Below the pieces are notes generated by a model. It saw only the letters and a program-made list of their open reading frames with translations, was not told the DNA's origin and searched no databases. A stretch of 63,999 bases of DNA, the filler included, from Perkinsus olseni (lineage: Eukaryota): NCBI GenBank assembly GCA_013115125.1. It is 31 parts of 31 records of this genome, joined end to end, with 100 filler letters (N's around TTAATTAATTAA, not from the genome) between each part and the next. Parts side by side here need not be neighbours in the genome. Positions count along the whole stretch, not along the records: positions 12,733 to 14,743 come from JABANN010001672.1; positions 14,844 to 16,850 come from JABANN010001673.1; positions 16,951 to 18,956 come from JABANN010001674.1; positions 19,057 to 21,050 come from JABANN010001675.1; positions 21,151 to 23,144 come from JABANN010001676.1; positions 23,245 to 25,237 come from JABANN010001677.1; positions 25,338 to 27,325 come from JABANN010001678.1; 24 more parts are not named here. One strand, 5' to 3'. Each line of letters starts with the position of its first letter. Position 1 is the stretch's first letter. Both the position numbers and the translations under genes were made by a program. This document shows positions 12,908 through 25,522 of the stretch, one piece after another.

Positions 12908-14574
12908 TTACCTTCGATGTCTGAGTGGGAGCATACCCGCATGAGCAGTAGAACTAGCTGCCCCAGCGGCTTCCTGTGCCGAGACCAGAGCATAATAGAC
13001 CCCATTAGGGCGGCCTGAAGGGGGAGGATGATGATGCAGACACCAGCGATGGTCGAGGCTGATGTTACCTATTAGATCATGATGTGTCCCTGACTCGACA
13101 AGTATTCCGCCCTGCATGACGAATATTATGTCAGAGTTCCGAACTGTAGAGAGACGATGTGCAATTGAGATGGTGGTGAGGCCGGATGTTCTTTGAAGTC
13201 TGAAAGGATATACCACAAAACTCTGATGATGAGCAGCCTACATGGGCCTTACTTGTCTATTGTAGATTGGACCATCTTCTCACTTTCGTTATCGAGGGCT
13301 GAAGTTGCCTCATCCAGTAGGAGTATCTCAACAACATATGTAATGGTAAAGTCAATACGGCAGCTTCAATAGGATTACTTGGGGATTCCTCAACAATGCT
13401 CTGGCAATGGCAACCCTCTGCTTCTGCCCACCGGAGATTTGACTGCCTCCTCCACTAGAAGTGCCGCAATAAGTATCGTACCCTTCTGGTAGAGAGGATA
13501 TAAATGATTGAACCTGGAATCCAAAGGTCCCTGGTTCAAACCCACCATCCAACATACATTAGCTCTCTGACAAGCGTCTCTTATTTGGCTCTCTGAAGGG
13601 GTGTAATCGAGCCCGTAGGTGAGATTATTTCTAATAGAAGTTGCGAATAGTACCGGCTCTTGACCAACGTACCTGACGTTATCATAATCCAACTAATGGC
13701 GAAAAATGATGAACTCACCCGAAGAGGGACCGTATGGCGGTTGGCTTCCCCTCACCGAATTTGCGATAATCTACTCCATTCATTTCTACTTTACCACTGA
13801 CAGGGTCGTAGAAACGCTCGAGCAAGGCCATAACAGTACCTGCATGAGAAGGATGGGTAGAGAGGACTTTGAGATTGAAGAATAATTACTCTTGCCCGAA
13901 CCACTCTCCCCTACAAAAGCCACCTTCATTCCGGTAGTAATGTCGAAAGAGACGTTACTCAAGACCTGAACAGAATGGTCGATAATATCATGGATACATC
14001 ATCAGAGTCTGGGCATCATTACCTGGACTTCGGGACGACTGGGATAAGTGAAACAGACATCGCGGAAGGAGAGTTTAGAGAAGGATACAGGAGGAGGGGG
14101 AGGAGGAGTACTCGACGATGAGGTAGTAGAAGTCATCTCTCGAGTGATAGAGGTCTCAATGAGAGGGACCTCCTCATCAATGACCCGATAGATCTCGCCG
14201 GCAGAGGCTTTACCAATCTGGAATATCTGTATTGGGGGCATAGCTTGTCCAAGACCGAAGGTAGCTGAGAGAGGGAGAATAAGTAGAGTACCAAAGAAGG
14301 GCGTCCTACCCATGAGAGCTGAGAAGAAGACGGCAATCACGTCCCCGCCAGTGTAAGGCAATCCGGAGAGAGCGTTGATAGTTCCATCCCGAACCAATGT
14401 ACCACCATACCTGAAGGAGAAACGATAGAGCGATAGGAAAAATGATGCTGACCAAATCGTAAGGGCATAAGCGGCGTAGATAGCAGCAAAGGTGAGACCA
14501 AGGGAGATACCAGTGTAAAGACCAGCCTTCGTTCCACCTAACAACATATTGAGAAAATGCGAGCTCACGAGCAA
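12908..14574 (-). CDS. ABCB/MDR (P-glycoprotein-like) transporter, internal multi-exon fragment (TM5-6 + NBD1)
   Basis: FTYPSRPEV; Walker [10 protein letters not shown] split by a 50-nt GT-AG intron (13840-13889); [43 protein letters not shown]. Confidence 0.95.
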
Positions 14575-14994
14575 AGCTGCAATAGAATCTAACCTCTTCT
14601 GGCATCCTCAAGGGCGGAGCTATATCGCTCGATTTCTCGCTGCTGTCCACCAAAGGCTGTTACCGTTCGAATACAGACCGTGCATTTTCGATAAGCGAAA
14701 CAGAAATTTTATCAGTTCTTCGCTATTAATTTAAGTATGAATCNNNNNNNNNNNNNNNNNNNNNNNNNNNNNNNNNNNNNNNNNNNNTTAATTAATTAAN
14801 NNNNNNNNNNNNNNNNNNNNNNNNNNNNNNNNNNNNNNNNNNNGTCAGTCTGACGTGAATCGCGAGTTGGCTATTGCCGGCCCTGATGCACTGGTCCTGG
14901 ATGAGTGCTACTCACCTCATGCTGTTCGGAGCTGCAGGACGCCACTGAGGTCCTCCCGAAGAGTCCGAGTTGAGAAGATCAACGCCTGTCCTCA

Positions 14995-16690
14995 GGCACG
15001 CGGCATTCTGTGGTCATTCCAATATTGTTGAGGCCCTCCTGGAGCAGCCAAACACATCAGCGATGGCTCATGTAAGCTCAAGCGTTCATTATGAAGGTTG
15101 GTTCCACACTCTTCGCAGTACACCGAAGACGGCTGGTCAGCTCTTCACTCGGCTGCCAGTCAGGGTCATGATGAAGTTGTAATAGCCTTCCTAACAAAAT
15201 CTTCGGATATTCACAGCAGTGCGCGTTTCGACGGTTTCGGAGTGGTGAGTCGACTCCTAAGGCGTGGTTGTAGTACGGCATTCCTGGCCAGTTACACGTG
15301 GTAGCGGAGATTTGCAACAGGAAGCTGGCGAGTGACGGAGCTGATGTTATGGCACATGCATTGAAGTGAGCCTCGGGACCCGAGGCTCGGGTCTCTGTGG
15401 TGACATCAGAATCACGAGCTGAGTCCACTAGCCTGCTGATGCTTGAATACATCAGCACACAATTGTGGACACTCGGGACGCGCATGAGAACAAAACAACT
15501 TATTGTCGATCACTTCGTCATCAACGCGTTTCCGCCTCATCTCGTCTGGGATGTTTCGAGCAGTTGCACGCTTGTTATGCGCAGATCGCATTTGTGCGTG
15601 CGTGCAAGATCAATGCCTCTCGACTCGAGAGTCTCGAGTGAGTGAGCTTGGGGCGTACTGGTAGAACATTAAATGCGTTACTAGACTGTTTACTACCAGG
15701 AACCCACTTCGACTCAGTCGAATCAACCAGCCGGCATATGAGGAGTATATGATATTTCAACTCGAATCATAGTCAATGGATGGGTGTTCCCTTATTGACA
15801 TGATGCTCACGTTGAGAGCAGCAAATTGTACACGACGGGATCCTATGGCGATCACCAGTTTTGGCTGGTTTCAGATACTATCGAGGCCAGGTACATGAGA
15901 GGTCCACTCGTGGAAGATTCATGCGTGAATGGACGCCACTTCATGTGTGTTGCTTGAAAGGTAAGGTGCGCGCGGCTCAACTGCTGCTGAAGGCCGGGGC
16001 GAAGGTGAGAGAGGTCAGAGGATCGATTCTCGGCTGCGACACTTATTTCTAGCCTTCTGCAAGAACCGGCGCCATCTGCATACACTCCGCACTGTTCAAT
16101 GACATAGCCAGCGGGAGAGTCCGAGTGGGGAAGATCGAGCCCGACCGTGACGCTGATGACGGCACCCTTCCCAAGAGTGAGCCTCCGTACCGTGGCACTG
16201 GAATTTCGGATATGTGATGTTGAACCCAGAGGCGTATTCTCGTATGCTTACCCAGCAGCGCTTTTTCCGGAAAAGCGAAAGATGCGCGGAACAGTTTGTT
16301 AGCGGTTTTGGAATCTCTTCTCTTGTGACATAATGTCACTCACTGTCAGGACATTCAATGTCACTGACATTGAATTTTCCTCTGGGGAGATCAGATGGCC
16401 CCACGACTTTAGCTCGGTGAGCCTTCCCTGCCTTTCTGATTCTCGTTCAGATCGCTACCCATGGCTCCACTTGGATATGGTAGATGAAGGACTCCTGCCG
16501 ATCCACTTGGCAGCGTTGGGCGGGCACTTCAAAACGGTCATGATGCTCGTAAGTGTTACGCAGTGACGGGGTTCCAAGTGCTCTTACAGTTGAAGCAGTA
16601 CGGAGGCGATCCGAGCTCGACATCATTGAAGCACCAATGGACGGTGCTGCACTACGCTGTGTGGGGAGGCAACTTGAACCTTGTACAGGT
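14995..16690 (+). CDS. Ankyrin-repeat protein(s), multi-exon (possibly two genes)
   Basis: HAAFCGHSNIVEALL, WSALHSAASQGHDEVV, WTPLHVCCLKG, LPIHLAALGGH and WTVLHYAVWGG, separated by short introns. Confidence 0.85.
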
Positions 16691-17198
16691 GAATAACTAC
16701 AGTGATGTCACACTATGATCATCATGCGGATCTCATCTCATTCTCGATCTTATTCTACGACATTCTGGGCAGGCTAATCGGTAAACTAACCACCCTCCGG
16801 GAGTACTTTTTTTACTCTCCATAGGGAGTGGACTCGAGACTGGCATAGGGNNNNNNNNNNNNNNNNNNNNNNNNNNNNNNNNNNNNNNNNNNNNTTAATT
16901 AATTAANNNNNNNNNNNNNNNNNNNNNNNNNNNNNNNNNNNNNNNNNNNNCTAGGGCGGCCCCAGTTGCAGCGACGAGGAAGAGGGTGAGAGCGGCGTAC
17001 ACCATTTCTTACCTCCCAGATGGGTGGGACAAAGGCGTATGTTCCATAGCATGACGAGGAATGCACATGTTCACTGGGACGAACGTACGTACCATGAGCA
17101 AAGACGCACAAAGAGCAAGGTGGGTACGTAGCAGCAATGAAGCCTTCATTTGAAGGTAGTTGTCACCATAGTGCAGGTTTCTCTCTCCCTCCGAAGAA

Positions 17199-17640
17199 TC
17201 ATCGGATAGGATAGAGCTGATCGTCGAAACTAGAGACATTAGCAGGACCGGTAGGATCGAATCTCACAGGGACTCGTCGTGATCGTCGGACTGGACCGCT
17301 TGGGGCTGATTCCCAAGAGGAGGCTTGAATAGAATGCCAAGATTGGGCAGAACGATCAGATCTTCCGATAGTTGCAGCAGAGGAAGACGAAGACGAGGTA
17401 GAGATAGAGGAGTGAGCGGAATGATCCTCGGATGGAGTTGGTGGTAGGATAGGTTGTTCTTGTCGAAGGGGTTGTACAGTAGGCAGAACATTAATCACAT
17501 CCGTCGCAGTACGGGGTACTTGACAAGGAGTTGACAGAGATGGACTCATAAATTTAGTTGTATTCGGAGTTGGACTCTGCAGGGGAGGAGTTTGAGTGAT
17601 GAGTTCCCTGATATGACGAACGATGACTCTTGTGCGATAC
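17199..17640 (-). mobile_element. Probable retrotransposon integrase C-terminal tail remnant
   Basis: VIVRHIREL, Pro/Ser-rich linker and PVRRSRRVPVRF (RRSxR-type motif common at integrase ends). Confidence 0.4.
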
Positions 17641-17996
17641 CGCAGTGGCATTCTTTCAACGTTGAGGGTTCTTAAGTGTGTTTGTGCGCGGGACATTGTG
17701 TTTGCGTGCAGCACTCCAGGTAGCTTGCTTTGCGCGTTGCGTGAGGTAAGAAGTTGAGCTGCTGCTGGCATTCGCGGTAGTTGAGTGTACTTAACTCTGG
17801 ACCGCTACAGAGTTCCTGGTTCACTTACTGCACTGTTGAGGTTCGCAACTGACGTCTAGTTACGGTGCACGCACGTTACGTTGGTCAGAAGGTAGCTTGA
17901 ATATCCAGTAGTTCAGACCTTGAGTTGATAGTAGTCATGGTTCTAACGCGAAATGGAGCACGTAGTGAGGCTGCTCACATATCAGAGGGTGTTCGT

Positions 17997-18827
17997 TGTT
18001 CTCCAAGACTTATTCACAAGTGCACTGAGGATACGTCGCGCGTCAGTCCAAGGCAGGGTCCGTCAATTCGATCAACTAATTCTCGGGGTTGTAAGACAGT
18101 CTTACTAAGACTCGCGGTATCAACGCAGTCGGCCGTGGAAAGGGTTCGGTTGTGGTCACACCATCCACAAATTCTATTCCTTCGGGTAATAGTGCCGTCC
18201 CTACTCGCCCACGCGATCACTCTGCCGGATCAACCAGGCGGAGGAACGAGGTCGTGTCAGCGCCATACTCTAGGGGGGCTTGGAAGGGCGACGAAGCTGT
18301 AATTACCTTTCATAAAAGCTATAAATGCTTCGTAGGCGGGGTAGGCTATAGTTCTGAGATGGGTTAGAACGCGATGCTGAGGATGGAAGGGGGTGACCGC
18401 AACCGATTGAAGAGCCAGTACATGCGGGCTCCTGAGGAACTTGAGGCAGGATAAGAGTTATCGTCAGGCTGACGACGTCAGCTGATACAGGACGATAGGA
18501 GGTAGAGAGTAGTAGTTCCGGTGGGCGAAGGCTAAATGTCTAGGGGTTACACCATTGTGGACTTGTTGGGGAGTGTCTACCTAGTGTTTACCATTGTCGA
18601 CTTGTACGCCGCTGTACCGGAATTGTATGAAGATGACCAGTAGGAGCACCGTGATGGAACAAGAAGCAACCGAAGGTGTAGAAATAGCTCGCCTCGAAGA
18701 GATGTAGCAACTTGACACCGAACAGAACATGGTGAGGGAGAGTTCGTTGCACAATCAGGGTTTGGGCTCGACCTCCATGAAGACGAGAAGGCACCGGGTG
18801 GAAGTCCGCAAGTGGTCTTCGAGAACA
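17997..18827 (-). mobile_element. Putative 831-bp 3' LTR preceded by a polypurine tract
   Basis: Perfect terminal IR TGTTCTC...GAGAACA. PPT-like GGTGGAGGGAGGA at 18840-18828. Upstream frame runs into the LTR (...LVEGGC). Confidence 0.65.
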
Positions 18828-19897
18828 TCCTCCCTCCACCAGAGTGTAGTGTGGGTAGGTGTCTTCGCTGTTGGTGAGCTCCGCTCCGCCCAACCTCATA
18901 GGGAACCAGCCGACCTCATCCACTGGTAGTGGCAACGCCTTTATTGCCAGTGTATANNNNNNNNNNNNNNNNNNNNNNNNNNNNNNNNNNNNNNNNNNNN
19001 TTAATTAATTAANNNNNNNNNNNNNNNNNNNNNNNNNNNNNNNNNNNNNNNNNNNNTGCTATAGCTGAGCATAGCTCGGAGCTAAGATATGGGACTGATG
19101 CAACACACGACACAACGCATCCTATTTCACAGTGGGCACCGTCCACCAAGAAACGACATTTCGATCTTGCGTTCTTGCAAGATCTAGCAAAGTTTCCAAT
19201 ACTTGGACTGTGGCGTTTCACAAGAGCGCAAGATTAGAACGGCGGACTTCCAGGTCAAATCATGTACGAGGTGGCTCTCCGAGGACATGAATGCATTCCA
19301 CGAGAACCGCTCACTGAGCGGCGCTCAGCGATTACTGTGAGACTCATAGGGTGAATTAGATTTGTGGGCACGTCTCGCAAATTCAGCTTTCCTTTGCACA
19401 CTCGCAAACCCGATGGATTCAAGATCAACGCGCGAAGCGCGAAAATTTTTTTCATATTTTTCCATTGTTGCCGTATTTTTCTGTATTTTCCCATTTTTCC
19501 ATCCACCCCACCATTCTTTCCAACGGCGGAGCACCCTGCCGATAGCCCCCTTCGCCCGGAGCTGCTTCACCAGCGAGGGAAAGTTCGGATCACCCTCATC
19601 TGCCCCAGATGATCTGGGGCAAGACTAAGTATGCTGATCGCAGACTCCTGAGTTGGAGGAGGGTCCTGGTCGAATATCAGCCCCAAGACGAGGTCATTCA
19701 CGCCGGTCTGGCCAACCTTTATCCTCTCTTTGCGCTGGAAAACCTTGATTCTGATACCATCCTGGAACTTAACATTTTTCGTCGGTTGCTTAGGCGCACA
19801 AGGACCCTCGCACTCGAAGCATCCGGCGACCATAGTGCTACAACTCCTTTTAGTCGCCGCTTCATACCAATCCTTCCACACAAAGAAGAAGTAGTCG

Positions 19898-20061
19898 TGT
19901 AGTGAATGTTGTTGATACCACTACAACTCAACTCACACAGAGTTGTTGAAGACTTAACTTAACCGTACGATTAAAAGAACAGTAACTCAGACCAGTACTA
20001 GCTTACGCTAAGATACTGGAGACAAAATACACAAAGTAGACGTTAACACAATCTCATCACA
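19898..20061 (-). mobile_element. 164-bp 3' LTR of a Gypsy element
   Basis: TGTGATGA...TCACTACA termini. PPT GGCGGGGAGAA at 20072-20062, just after the integrase stop. Confidence 0.75.
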
Positions 20062-20083
20062 TTCTCCCCGCCGATGACTCGGA

Positions 20084-21050
20084 TTATACTTCGAAGACTC
20101 TAGTCACTGCAATGATTGCATCATAGGGATCCAAAGCTATATTCTTAGAAGCTTGGATAAACCCGCGTAAACCACCAAAATCTTTAAAGTCGTCGCGAGT
20201 CATACCGAACTCACGACGTATATGAGATTGTACGTCAGCAATATACATAGGACCCGCTTTAGATAAAAGAAGAGAATGAATAAATCGCTCAATCTCCTTA
20301 CTGCGAGATAATGGTTGCTTATCATCAGCATCGCTATTGGTGGTAATCAACCTATCATCAACACGAATAGGTACTGCCTCTTCAATAGTGTCCACCCTAA
20401 ACTGGATATCATCAACTGGTAGAACATGATCAACATTAACAGGACCCGTGACCCTTGCTTTCGGATCTGCTCGATCCACGAGATAAAGAGAACCATTGGC
20501 AGTAACTTGTTGTACTTCGAGTGGTTTAGACCAGCGATAACCCAAACGAGTATTAGTAAAGCGGCGAACCAATACTTTATCACCAATGCTGAACGAAGGA
20601 GCCTCTTCACGTGCATCATCATACCGCACTTTTTGCTTCAACCTATCATCCAGAGTAACATCCCGCATCAATGCGAAGCCTTCACTCATAACCTTCTTCA
20701 ATTTCCCAGCATAGGTACCAATGGTACCGTACCATAATCAGTAGTTTCCAACTCCTGAGGTTGAAGTGGTTGATCCACAATCGCTGGTTCGAATGGTAGT
20801 CTCGGACGCCTCCCATGAATAAGTTCATAAGGACAAAACGATATATTTGGCAGAGTTCTCACATTATGCGAAAACGTCACACTAGCCAGAGCCAGCTCCC
20901 AGTCCTCTTCAGCGCACAACCCTTCTTTAATAAGTATAACCAGATCATGCAGCAAGCTTTGATGGCTTCGTTCATTAGCTGCATTCCCTTGCGGCCGATA
21001 ACTTGTAGAGAAGGTAACCGATAACTTGAACAAATCATAGAAGGCTTTAC
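20084..21050 (-). mobile_element. Ty3/Gypsy integrase C-terminal half, frameshifted at ~20715-20728
   Basis: STSYRPQGNAANER (catalytic E), WELAL...HN, PYELIHGRRPRLP, FSIGDKVLVRR...RWSKPLEV...VNVDHV (GPY/F region), plus an extra C-terminal domain. Confidence 0.9.
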
Positions 21051-21168
21051 NNNNNNNNNNNNNNNNNNNNNNNNNNNNNNNNNNNNNNNNNNNNTTAATT
21101 AATTAANNNNNNNNNNNNNNNNNNNNNNNNNNNNNNNNNNNNNNNNNNNNTTCTAGCGGCAGGCCTCA

Positions 21169-21252
21169 AATAAGGAAATCAATTCCGCGAATGAGGCACA
21201 CAATTTCATGATTAAGGAAGTCAATTTCGCCAATAAGGACATCAATTTCGGG
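21169..21252. repeat. Four degenerate 21-bp tandem repeats (AATAAGGAxxTCAATTTCG..)
   Basis: Units start at 21169, 21190, 21211 and 21232. Confidence 0.8.
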
Positions 21253-21352
21253 GGGTGGGGGTGAACTTAAACCACACCGGAAATCTTCCAACTGCGATTC
21301 TCAGCCTGACACAACTGCGCGCCGGTGCAGAGTAGGCCTTCGTCGGTTCCAT

Positions 21353-21525
21353 TGTGTAGTTTGTCCCTATGATCCATTCCACTCATATAGCTAAGCTTAA
21401 GTATAGCCTGTGGCTCGAGCTTCTTACCTTACCCCTACTATTCCACAACCTTATTCATTGTTGTGTGTGTTACGCTATCCCTGCATAGTAGCAGCTCCTT
21501 GTTGACGACATTGATAACAACAACA
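21353..21525. mobile_element. Candidate 173-bp solo LTR
   Basis: TGT...ACA ends flanked by TCCAT/TCTAT (4/5-match TSD), directly abutting gag coding sequence. Confidence 0.4.
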
Positions 21526-21530
21526 TCTAT

Positions 21531-21870
21531 TATGCTCTGCCCGAGTCCTTCGACCCGTTAACGGCTACCTTAGATTTCGAACAGTGGGTTCGAAAATTTA
21601 AGGCTTGTGCACAAGCAAACAACTGGGATGCCGAGGCGCAACTACGTCACTTACCACCTCTGTTGCGTGGAGATGCCTGGATTCTTTACGACGAGCTCTC
21701 GGATGCGGAGAAGGCTACTATGGATACCCTGGTTCAGAACCTCACCAAGAAGCTGAATGTCGCTACTCAAATTCAAAGCGCGGAGAGGCTGTACCAGCGT
21801 GTTCTGGACCCTAACAACGAGTCTTTGCTAACTTACCAGAATGATATCAAGCGGCTCGCTCATAGGAGCC
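21531..21870 (+). mobile_element. gag: Gypsy-type gag N-terminal fragment (truncated)
   Basis: PESFD...DFEQWVRKFKACAQANNW...LLRGDAWILY...NESLLTY...RLAH. Confidence 0.8.
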
Positions 21871-23625
21871 GACTGCAACTTTTTTTCGTTTTTCGTGGCC
21901 TCACCACCGACACACCCAATTTGGACAAGTTACTTCCCCCCCAACAAAGAAAAGAAAGAAAAAAATGAAGGGTCTCAGGATGAGACTCTCAGCCTGAGAC
22001 TCTCAGGGCAACTGAGAGACTACGAATCGACAATGGTACGCTTTGACGGGGCTCCTCCAATCGAAAGGACGCGCAACGGCACTGTGGGGTAGTCAGAGCT
22101 AGAGCCTGGCGCGCGCGCTCTCATCGCTGGATTTGGACCACTCTACACTTTGTGTAGCGCTACATGCAAATCGGTCAAGTGACTTGACTCAAGTCTTCGA
22201 TTTCTCGCCAGCCACTAAGAGTATTGCCTTCAAACTTTGATGGTATATCCGGTGCAGCATATTAACATACCCACTGATGCCTCGTTGCGAAACAATGTCG
22301 TAGAAGGCCAAAATGCTGAAACCCCCTGATTTTCCAAGAATTGTACCTCTCGCGATGACGGAGGAGGCTCTCGGGCCAACACGGCAGGGAATTCGGCATT
22401 CCACGATGATGCCATCCAGCAGAGTATACCTCAGAGTCTGAGCCTCAGACTCTGAGGTATGCTGACTTTGAGGCTCAGAGCCTCCAAGTCAGACCTGCGT
22501 CTGAGGCAGAGGAGTGGCCTGATGATATGTGTGTCCGATGTAGGGACGGTGCCCCTGGGACCCAGTTTCTATGGCACTGTGCGGCTTGCACGCTGCAAGT
22601 AGTGCACAAAGTTGAGGACACATAAGTCAAATCGTCCGTCCCTGATGACTGAGGCATCAGTGTGATCGCTAATAATTGTTAGAGATGGGGTCAAAGAGCC
22701 AATGCCTAGTCCGCCACGGAATGATGGGCAGTGCCTGATGCATTTCTGGTCGAAGAGGAAGGACTGAACTCAGCAGTATGCCTGGCGGGCATTGCCTGCG
22801 CGGAAGACCGAGTTCAACGGGGCTCCGCACAGAACGGCATGGCTCGCACAACTGCGAATAATAAAGACTTCATTGGTAAGCATGATAGAAGTGCCGAACT
22901 TCCGGTTTTCGCGGTCCGGCAATCCGAGATTGCCTCAAGGAAGCTATTGAATAATCAGAAACAAGATGCAACGACCAAAATGCACTTTAATGGCAATCCG
23001 TTTTTTGGGACACGCTACGTCGGAGACAACAAGTGGCGATACAGCCCTAAGCTAAGATCGCGAAGCTACGTTGCCCTCATTGATGGAGCGATAGTTCCCC
23101 ATCGTATTAAAGCATTGACCACCTCAGTCCTAACCTTGGATTATNNNNNNNNNNNNNNNNNNNNNNNNNNNNNNNNNNNNNNNNNNNNTTAATTAATTAA
23201 NNNNNNNNNNNNNNNNNNNNNNNNNNNNNNNNNNNNNNNNNNNNTCCCTGTTCGACTGCTGTGACGTCCTTGCAGGTAGCTGTCGATAATGCTAAGCAAC
23301 AGGCAACCAACCATGTTATAACACTTTCTGATCGCGAGGATCAATTTGTAAGGATGTTCCATCTTCAAGCGGTCGACAACTTTTTCTTTAGTGTGATGTG
23401 GGTACTGATGCTGCAGGAGCTGTGAATTTTATTGTCAAAGAGACGGTTAACTCTGAGTGATGAAACATCCTCAGCCCTCCCCCTCAGGAGGGTCATGCGT
23501 GGCAATTTCTCAGATTCGGATTCCTCCTTGATGCTGCTTTAAAGCCTGAGCTCCTGAGAAACTTTAAGGGTGGTTATGACTTTTCCGTAGCGGGTCAAAA
23601 GGCTCCGAACATAACCGCTACAGAG

Positions 23626-24538
23626 ATGACTAACACTAAGGGAGGGAGGAACACAGGAGGGAAAAGTGCTGCGAATGAGACAAAAACCACGACCAGAGTT
23701 CCCACCCTACAACATCATCTTATGACGGAGATTACCGGCATAACACCATGGGGCCGAGAAATGCTATATCGCCTTAAAATGCGGGGACAGAGAAATCTAG
23801 TCCCGTTCCCAAGCAACGTGCTTTTCCCGGCTCCCCCACGCTCAAAGCTGAAGTATCTTGACTTGCCCCGCAAAGGATGCGAAGCTGTCGCGATGCGGTT
23901 CATTAGACGCGACCTCCCGGAGGAGAAAGCACTCTTTGTCAGTTCATGTTGCTGCTTCATGTGTTATCATTCATCACCCGTGTTGTCGTAGATACAATGG
24001 GTGACATGGTTCAAGCTCGACATACCAGTACCCGAAGAGGGCTTCAAGATAACACGAGTGTCCACGAGCCTCGACCGTTACATACCGTAAGGTCGATTCA
24101 CTATTCGATAATCGAGGTGAGGATTCTCCGTTATTCAGAGAGATGAAGTTAGAGTTCAACGAGGATCGTCTGAGGGAGTTGGAGGGTGGTGCCGACCGTG
24201 TCATGCCCGACCCGACACGAGTCTCTGACGAGAACTACATGCTTGAGATGTGCGACAAGCAGTATCGCAATTATGCGAAGTACATTGCACAGAAGGAAGG
24301 CATTCCTGAGGCTGACCTTGTGGATGATAGTGATATCTCTATGGGTACTGTATTGTGGCTCCTAACGGGCAAAGTATTCCCCTTCCTTCCGGATAACATC
24401 GATCACCACATCTACCCATACTCTACTCTTCATTACAAAGATGACTACCGAGCCGCAAAGCGTTGGAAGCGACGGTTTGAATGTTTCATGATCTTGTCCG
24501 ACAAGGTCAAGGAACGGATCGAGCTGTATTATTATTGA
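23626..24538 (+). CDS. Three-exon orphan gene (exons 23626-23937, 23992-24086, 24139-24538), multicopy
   Basis: Two GT-AG introns (54 and 52 nt) join the exons in frame. A diverged copy of the 3' end and UTR lies at 59111-59399. Confidence 0.7.
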
Positions 24539-24606
24539 GGGTATCTATCTTCATTGATACTCAATCATGTCCTTGATGTATGATGTTCTCCTTCGACAAT
24601 GTTACC

Positions 24607-25185
24607 TCCGAGCCGTCTTAGTGTTGTGTTCCCGAGTTCGTGAGCTCGGAAATCGTGTTCCTCGGTTCCGAGTGAGGCGATTTATCGATTTTTGATTAAA
24701 GTGTTGAGCTTTCCGAGTTCCGGGTTCGAAAAGCTTTCAGGGTCTCTCGACTCTCGGAAATCCTGATCCGAGCTCGGGGAACCCCCCCAGAACCACTCGC
24801 CAACAACGAGCGCTCGCTTGTAAAAACCCTCGAGTCTTCACCAAGAAATCCCGAAAGGGAGAAACTCCTCGCAGGCAAAGATTCGCGGCGTTTCACTTTT
24901 TCCGAGTTACTCAGGAACCACCTAAATATTGAGTGGCTTTTTCCGAGATCGAGCTGGTATCGATGGTGAGCACTTTAATTCGGGGAAAGTGACTCGGTCC
25001 GAGTTCTCGGAAAAACCCGTCGGGAAACAGTCTCTTCCGAGGGATCGCACTTTAATCCGTGGACTCTCGGAATGGGATTTCCAAGGCTCGTAACTCGGTA
25101 ACCGAGTACTTGGACTCGGAACTCGGAACGCCTTAGCACTTTAATCCCGGGGAAAAACCCGGGAAAAAACCTCTCACTCGGGATA
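24607..25185. repeat. Region dense in CCGAG/CTCGG pentamers in both orientations (transposon subterminal-repeat-like)
   Basis: Many copies of CCGAG(T)/(A)CTCGG, plus repeated GCACTTTAAT. Confidence 0.55.
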
Positions 25186-25337
25186 TTGACAATTGCGTGT
25201 TTCGTGGATACGCGCAGCACAACTTTCAAGATGCGCTNNNNNNNNNNNNNNNNNNNNNNNNNNNNNNNNNNNNNNNNNNNNTTAATTAATTAANNNNNNN
25301 NNNNNNNNNNNNNNNNNNNNNNNNNNNNNNNNNNNNN

Positions 25338-25522
25338 GCATGTCTGCTGGTGCTGATTACACTGTTGATGGTGATGATATCGAGTTCTCTAACTACGATC
25401 CCATGCTTGCCAAGTTGATGCATCAGTTCCACATCAATAAGATTGAGGGTACAATCATCAGCCCCGATTCCGTTCATATTAAGATCGGTTTCCTTCTTGA
25501 CACCACTATCACCAAATGTTAA
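25338..25522 (+). CDS. 3' end of a small hypothetical gene
   Basis: Open frame with biased codon usage, ending ...LDTTITKC*. Confidence 0.45.
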
